A DNA stretch of 64,000 nt from an uncultured Christensenella sp. (GTDB lineage: Bacteria > Bacillota > Clostridia > Christensenellales > UBA1242). Shown here one piece after another: positions 58,967-64,000 of the stretch (positions are counted from its first letter, which is position 1; every line of letters begins with the position of its first letter). The notes beneath the pieces were generated by a model, which saw only the letters and a program-made list of their open reading frames with translations, was not told where the DNA came from and searched no databases. The stretch covers positions 78-64,077 of the forward strand of contig CASFFG010000005.1 of assembly GCA_949293905.1 (NCBI GenBank), written 5' to 3'. Made by a program: the position numbers and the translations under genes.

Positions 58967-59302
58967 ATGAAAGTAATTAAAAAATCAGCAGAGAGCGTTA
59001 AACTTGAACCTGCTCACGACGGTGCAGGGACTAGAAAACTCTTTGTGGCAAACGATGAGGTTAAAAATATCCAAGGAATAACTCATGGTTGGTTAAAAAG
59101 TTGTGGAATTTTTGAATGGCATAAACACGATGATTGTAATGAGTTTATGTGCGTTCTTAAAGGAAGTGGTATAGTTCGAGATGAAGATGGCGAATATACA
59201 TTTAATGTGGGCGATTTCTTTATTTTCCCTCAGGGAACTTATCATGAGCAAAGAAATACAGGAAAAGAAACCTTTGAAGCAATGTTTATAAGAACTAAAT
59301 AG
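58967..59302 (+). CDS. cupin-domain protein
   Basis: 111 aa with the metal motif WHKHDDCNEF...GDFFIFPQGTYHEQ. GGAGAA RBS. Confidence 0.7.
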   Translation: MKVIKKSAESVKLEPAHDGAGTRKLFVANDEVKNIQGITHGWLKSCGIFEWHKHDDCNEFMCVLKGSGIVRDEDGEYTFNVGDFFIFPQGTYHEQRNTGKETFEAMFIRTK

Positions 59303-59345
59303 GAATTCCCAACTATTAACTTTAATCGATAAACTAATTGAACAT

Positions 59346-60014
59346 ATGAAGAAGATAGATAATTTTAAACTTGAACACTTTGATAATGGTATCGCAATTT
59401 ACCAAAGTGACAATTATTACAAATTTACGCAAGACGCAATTTTGCTTGCTAAATTTTGCAACATCAAACATAGCGATAATGTGCTTGAACTTTGTGCAGG
59501 AAGCGGAGTTATAAGTTTTTATGCATATTCCCTTAGTCCGTTTAATCGGCTATATTTTAACGAAATTCAGCCCGAGATGTGCGAAATTATTGAAGAAAAT
59601 ATTAAATTCAACAATTTTAAGCGAAAATGCAAGATTTTTAACTGTAATTTAAAAGATTTACACCTTAGCGATTTTTCTAAAAATCTCGATGTTATCATAT
59701 GTAACCCACCCTATCAAAAGGTGAATGATTTAAGTTTAATAAATGAAAAACGCGAGATTGCTCTCGCTCGTCACGAAATTGAAGCAACGCTGGAAGACAT
59801 AATCAAAAAATCTAGCGAACTACTGAAAGACAAAGGGCGATTATACATGGTTCATATCGCGTCGCGAGTGACTGAAATCGCTGTACTCTGTGCCAAATAC
59901 GGCATGGAAGTAAAACTAATGAAATTCATCTTTAATGGCGATAAGGACGCCTATTTGGTTCTAATTGAAGCGGTTAAGGGTGCAAAATCGGGCGTTCGAG
60001 TGCTAAAAAATTAA
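59346..60014 (+). CDS. SAM-dependent N6-adenine methyltransferase, YabB/TrmN6-like
   Basis: SAM motif VLELCAGSGVIS and catalytic ICNPPY. Its position before rsmI matches Bacillus yabB. Confidence 0.72.
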   Translation: MKKIDNFKLEHFDNGIAIYQSDNYYKFTQDAILLAKFCNIKHSDNVLELCAGSGVISFYAYSLSPFNRLYFNEIQPEMCEIIEENIKFNNFKRKCKIFNCNLKDLHLSDFSKNLDVIICNPPYQKVNDLSLINEKREIALARHEIEATLEDIIKKSSELLKDKGRLYMVHIASRVTEIAVLCAKYGMEVKLMKFIFNGDKDAYLVLIEAVKGAKSGVRVLKN

Positions 60015-60024
60015 AAGGGAAGAT

Positions 60025-60837
60025 ATGTTATATTTCGTTGCTACTCCTATTGGGAATCTACTAGATATTAGTTTGCGTGCGATTGAAACGCTAAAATCGT
60101 GCGATGTTATTGCGTGCGAAGATACTAGGCACTCGAAAATTTTACTCGACCATTATGATATTAAAGCAAAAACTATTGCTTACCACAAATTTAATGAGAA
60201 AAACAGTGCAAACGGGATAATTTCACTTGTTAAAGACGGAAAAAATGTGGCGATTATTAGTGACGCGGGCATGCCTGTGATAAACGACCCGGGTGCAATT
60301 CTCACTCAACGACTACACGAAGAAAACATTCCTTATACAGTAATTCCTGGCGCAAATGCAGGACTGTGTGCATTGATTTTATCCGGATTTGACGCGAGCG
60401 AATTTGCGTTTTTTGGTTTCCTTAGCGAGAAAAATAGGGAACTAAAAACTCAGTTGAATAAAATCGCATCATTTTCAGGGACGCGCATACTCTACTCGTC
60501 AAAATATAATATCAATAAAGATTTAAGTTCTCTTTATTCAGCACTTGGAAAGGTCGAAGTTGCGGTGGTTAGCGAGATTAGTAAACTACATGAAAATTGC
60601 CTTATCTCTACTCTTCCGCTCACGATCGACGAACCTAAGGGCGAATATGTTATTGTCGTCAATAAATCGAGTACTCAAAATTTAACTCCTACGGACGAAA
60701 TATTGATTGATGAATTAAAATTGCTACTAAAAGATAATGACAAAAATTCCGCTTTTAAAGAGTTAAAAGACAAATACGGAATTTCTAAATCTTACATTTA
60801 CGAGTTATATGAAAAGAATAAATCCCAATTTAAGTAG
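60025..60837 (+). CDS. rsmI: 16S rRNA (cytidine1402-2'-O)-methyltransferase
   Basis: LYFVATPIGNLLDISLRAIETLKSCDVIACEDTRHS and ISDAGMPVINDPG motifs (tetrapyrrole-methylase fold). Confidence 0.9.
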   Translation: MLYFVATPIGNLLDISLRAIETLKSCDVIACEDTRHSKILLDHYDIKAKTIAYHKFNEKNSANGIISLVKDGKNVAIISDAGMPVINDPGAILTQRLHEENIPYTVIPGANAGLCALILSGFDASEFAFFGFLSEKNRELKTQLNKIASFSGTRILYSSKYNINKDLSSLYSALGKVEVAVVSEISKLHENCLISTLPLTIDEPKGEYVIVVNKSSTQNLTPTDEILIDELKLLLKDNDKNSAFKELKDKYGISKSYIYELYEKNKSQFK

Positions 60838-60910
60838 GACGATAAATATTTAATTAACATAAACAAATTCTTTACTTTTTTAATGGTTGCTGATTTAAAA
60901 TTTAAATGAT

Positions 60911-60943
60911 AAAAAAATTTAGATAACTTTATCTAAATTTTTG
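60911..60943. terminator. bidirectional terminator between rsmI and the TVP38 gene
   Basis: ATTTAGATAA (60917-60926) / TTATCTAAAT (60929-60938) flanked by A7 and T5. Confidence 0.7.
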
Positions 60944-60974
60944 TTTTTATGCAATAAATTATCTTTAATTTATT

Positions 60975-62072
60975 TTATATTTTCTTATTCTTTTTGCGAT
61001 TTAATTTATTAAGTTTTGTTGTCGTAGATTTTGGGTCTATTTGATTGTTTTCAGGGTTGTTTATTTCTTTTTTAGGGTTTGAGTTTTCGTCTATCTTCTC
61101 AATTTTGGTTGTATTTATCTCTTCTTTATTTATGTTGTTAGCGTTATCTTTAGTTGTGTTTTTGCTAACTTTTTTATCCTTTTTTTTGACTATAGTTTTA
61201 TCTTTATCATCGTCAATTCCCGCGTTGACTTTTTTCTCCTCTTCATTCAATTTGCCGTCAGGATTCGTCTCATTTTCGCTTGCTATAACAGCCGTAGTCT
61301 TCTCTCCTTGACTACTCGTATTTACGCTATCTTCTTTTTTAGATTTTGTAAAAAGTCGCATGAAAATATCGTCCAATTTGTCCTTATATCTTACGCTCAA
61401 ATAGAATAGAACTGCGATAAACAGAATAATTATTCCCCATACTATTATTCCCCAACCGTGGAAAGGAATTATCGCACCGCTACCGAAGAACACTGTGCAC
61501 GCGATTCCAAGTCCGCGCGCTATCAAATTGGTCCAAAAGAAGAATGGAAAACTCATCTTTGTTATTCCTGCCACCACGCAGAGAATATCGTCTGGGAACA
61601 TTGGGAAAATCATCATAAGGAAGAAGAGATATTTTCCGTTTGAGAGTTTCTTTATCCAATTTTCGCCCGTTTCCTTACCGACAAGCCAATAAAGGAACGG
61701 TCTGCCCGCTTTTCGCCCAACAATGAACATTATAATGCTACCTATCATGACCCCTAGGTAACTGATGAAAAATGCTTCCCACGGTCCAAATATAAGTGCA
61801 CCAGCGATTGTAACGAAAATGGCTGGAATTTGAAGGACTGTGGTCTGCAGTATTTGAAAAATTAGAAAAATTAGCGAACTAAAAACTCCACCGCTCTCAA
61901 CAAGGGCGCGAATTTTTTCCATACTATTTACTTTCTCCCACGCTCCTGTCCAGCGCAAGATTAGATATGCAAGCAGTACGACTAGTCCAATGACAATGAT
62001 AGACAGGCAAAATCTCAAGATTTTACCGCGTGTCGTCGTATTATCAAAAAGCCACTTTATCTTTTCTTTCAT
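60975..62072 (-). CDS. TVP38/TMEM64 (DedA-related) membrane protein with long K/N/E-rich C-terminal tail
   Basis: Core LIFGPWEAFFISYLGVMIGSIIMFIVGRKAGRPF. The last 125 aa or so are low complexity. TATAAT (62084-62079), then 6 nt, then ATG, with no SD. Confidence 0.72.
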   Translation of the reverse strand: MKEKIKWLFDNTTTRGKILRFCLSIIVIGLVVLLAYLILRWTGAWEKVNSMEKIRALVESGGVFSSLIFLIFQILQTTVLQIPAIFVTIAGALIFGPWEAFFISYLGVMIGSIIMFIVGRKAGRPFLYWLVGKETGENWIKKLSNGKYLFFLMMIFPMFPDDILCVVAGITKMSFPFFFWTNLIARGLGIACTVFFGSGAIIPFHGWGIIVWGIIILFIAVLFYLSVRYKDKLDDIFMRLFTKSKKEDSVNTSSQGEKTTAVIASENETNPDGKLNEEEKKVNAGIDDDKDKTIVKKKDKKVSKNTTKDNANNINKEEINTTKIEKIDENSNPKKEINNPENNQIDPKSTTTKLNKLNRKKNKKI

Positions 62073-62100
62073 TTTAATATTATATTCGATTTATACTAAA

Positions 62101-63513
62101 TTATTTCGCAACTTCTTCAATTTTAATTAAGTTAGTTTGCCCATTTTTCTTAGGAGTTCCGCATGTAATAACTATATTGTCGCCCGGCTTTGCAACTCCT
62201 TGCTTTTTCACTATTGTGTCCGCGATTTTAAACATTTCGTCAGTCGAATTGTATATTGGGGTCAAAATTGGTCTTACTCCCCAAAAGAGTTCAATTTGAC
62301 GATAAACATGCTCGTTTGGTGTTGCGCCTACTATATTAACAGCTGGGTGGAAACGGCTAATCATACTAGCAGAGTAACCCGATGCAGTAAATACTACAAT
62401 TGCCTTAGTAGGTTGCATAAAACTTGCATTAACTGCACTGTGCGAGATTACATCAGTGGTATTATTTAGTTTCTTAATATTTGTTATAAATCTCTTTGCG
62501 TAATTGATATGTTTCTCTGTTTCTTCGGCGACTTTCGCCATGGTCTTAACCGCTTCTACTGGGAATTTACCAGCAGCAGTCTCGCCCGATAACATAACTA
62601 CGCTCGTCCCATCATATACGGCATTTGCGACATCGCTCACTTCGGCACGCGTAGGGCGATTATTTGTAATCATGCTTTCCAACATCTCGGTAGCAGTGAT
62701 TACGGGTTTGCCCGCGATATTAACTTCCTTAATAATCATCTTTTGAATTTCAGGGAGTTTCTCTACTGGGATTTCTACTCCTAAATCACCGCGCGCAACC
62801 ATTATAGCATCGCTCTCGGCTATTATTTCGTCTAGATTTTTAATTCCGCACTGTGACTCAATTTTCGAGATAATTTTCATATCTCCGCCGTTCTCATTTA
62901 TAAATTCCTTTAAAACGCGCACATCGTCCGCGCAGTTTACGAAACTTGCGGCAATAAGTTCTACATTATGCTTGATGCCGAGCAGGATATTTTCTTTATC
63001 CGCGTCGTTTAAATATGGGGTCGAGAATTTTACATTTGGTATACTTAGGCTTTTCCTATTCCCAAGCACGCCCGAATTCATTGCACGAGTGACAACTTCA
63101 GTGCCGTTAACTTCAACTACTTTAAAAATTAAAAGTCCGTTCACTGCCAATATCTTATTACCCGGAGCAATGCATGATACAATCTCTGGGTGATTGAAAC
63201 TAACGACATTTTCGTCCCCCTCTATATCGCGAGCGGTGAATGTAAAAGTTTGTCCGCGCTTAATATTCACGCTACCATTTTTAAACGTCTTTACACGAAT
63301 TTCTGGCCCGCGTGTATCAAGCATAATTGGAAGCGGAACTTTAAGTTCGCGTCTTATGCGCGTCACATTTTTTACTATCTTCTCTATGTCTTCCACTTGC
63401 GCGTGTGATAAATTTATACGAACTATATTTAGGCCTGACTTTACCAATTCTTTAAGCACGGGATAATCGTTGCTTGCTGGACCGATAGTTCCTATTATTT
63501 TGGTTTTTCTCAT
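62101..63513 (-). CDS. pyk: pyruvate kinase
   Basis: 470 aa with MRKTKIIGTIGPAS, MVARGDLGVEIP and the C-terminal regulatory domain. GGAG RBS. Confidence 0.95.
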   Translation of the reverse strand: MRKTKIIGTIGPASNDYPVLKELVKSGLNIVRINLSHAQVEDIEKIVKNVTRIRRELKVPLPIMLDTRGPEIRVKTFKNGSVNIKRGQTFTFTARDIEGDENVVSFNHPEIVSCIAPGNKILAVNGLLIFKVVEVNGTEVVTRAMNSGVLGNRKSLSIPNVKFSTPYLNDADKENILLGIKHNVELIAASFVNCADDVRVLKEFINENGGDMKIISKIESQCGIKNLDEIIAESDAIMVARGDLGVEIPVEKLPEIQKMIIKEVNIAGKPVITATEMLESMITNNRPTRAEVSDVANAVYDGTSVVMLSGETAAGKFPVEAVKTMAKVAEETEKHINYAKRFITNIKKLNNTTDVISHSAVNASFMQPTKAIVVFTASGYSASMISRFHPAVNIVGATPNEHVYRQIELFWGVRPILTPIYNSTDEMFKIADTIVKKQGVAKPGDNIVITCGTPKKNGQTNLIKIEEVAK

Positions 63514-63802
63514 TTGAATTTACTCCTTTTTTCGATTAAATTATACCATAAACTAAATGATTTTAAAAAGAATTTAAAATATATTTTTCAAAAGATTTTA
63601 AAATTAATTGTACGATAAAAAATTTTTTATAAATATTATGTTGAAAAATTCTAAATTAATAATCTAATAAACAAAATTGATTTTAAACTTCTGCAATTAT
63701 ATTAAAATCAAAAATTTCTACAAAAAAATAAAAAATTACGAAAATTTAGTGAATTTTAGTATATTTTACACCATTTTTTCGTAAATTTTTTAAAATTAAT
63801 TA

Positions 63803-64000
63803 TTATTTTGCATCGTATAAAGTTTTACCTTCGCTCACTTCGACTATTAACGGAACTGTCAAATGCACGACATTTTCCATCTCTTCCTTTAAAATCTTCT
63901 TTACGCTTTCGCTCTCACCTGGACAGCAATCCACAATTAATTCATCGTGAATTTGGAGAACAAGTTTGCTATTCAATTTCTCTTCTCTCATTCGATTAAA
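63803..64000 (-). CDS. polA: DNA polymerase I, C-terminal end only (the gene continues beyond the window)
   Basis: LQIHDELIVD (family A motif C, xxHDEL) and the C-terminal VPLIVEVSEGKTLYDAK. The frame stays open to position 64000. Confidence 0.85.
   Translation of the reverse strand, partial: FNRMREEKLNSKLVLQIHDELIVDCCPGESESVKKILKEEMENVVHLTVPLIVEVSEGKTLYDAK

Overview
AT-rich chromosomal segment with almost pure A/T intergenic DNA, from a low-GC Firmicute that looks Clostridia-like (ctsR-mcsA-mcsB-clpC operon, yqfC/yqfD, ylmC, whiA, ricT). About 60 tightly packed genes are present, nearly all core housekeeping. They cover transcription and replication (dnaG, rpoD, dnaE, holB, polA 3' end, parE/parC, greA, nrdR), translation and ribosome biogenesis (rplJ-rplL, ybeY-era, obg, yhbY, rsmI, tsaB/E, ABC-F), repair (uvrC, a UvrA paralogue, recO, nth), cell wall (ddl, murF-like, murB, PAP2) and central carbon metabolism (ppdK, pyk). 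One real gene at the left edge (1-988, minus strand) is missing from the ORF track because it has no stop codon in the window. I found no rRNA or tRNA genes, CRISPR arrays, transposases, integrases, prophage genes, or recognisable defence or toxin-antitoxin modules. I could not identify a self-contained novel multi-gene system, and this reads as an ordinary core-genome region. The items most worth a second look are: (1) a sigma region-2-only mini-protein translationally coupled between dnaG and rpoD; (2) a stand-alone transcription unit whose ORF is split across two frames at an in-phase A_AAA_AAC heptamer; (3) an McsB homologue that has lost the phosphagen-kinase active-site signature inside an otherwise intact ctsR operon; (4) an orphan ABC-ATPase fold with every catalytic motif degenerate; (5) a MurF-type ligase whose N-terminal domain is replaced by transmembrane helices; (6) a recurring promoter geometry, -10 box then 6 nt then ATG with no Shine-Dalgarno, that predicts leaderless mRNAs for nth, uvrC, holB and others; (7) a UvrA paralogue lacking the UvrB-binding domain; (8) YbeY-Era and TsaB-RimI fusions. 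All functional calls come from motif recognition by eye and none was verified by a database search.
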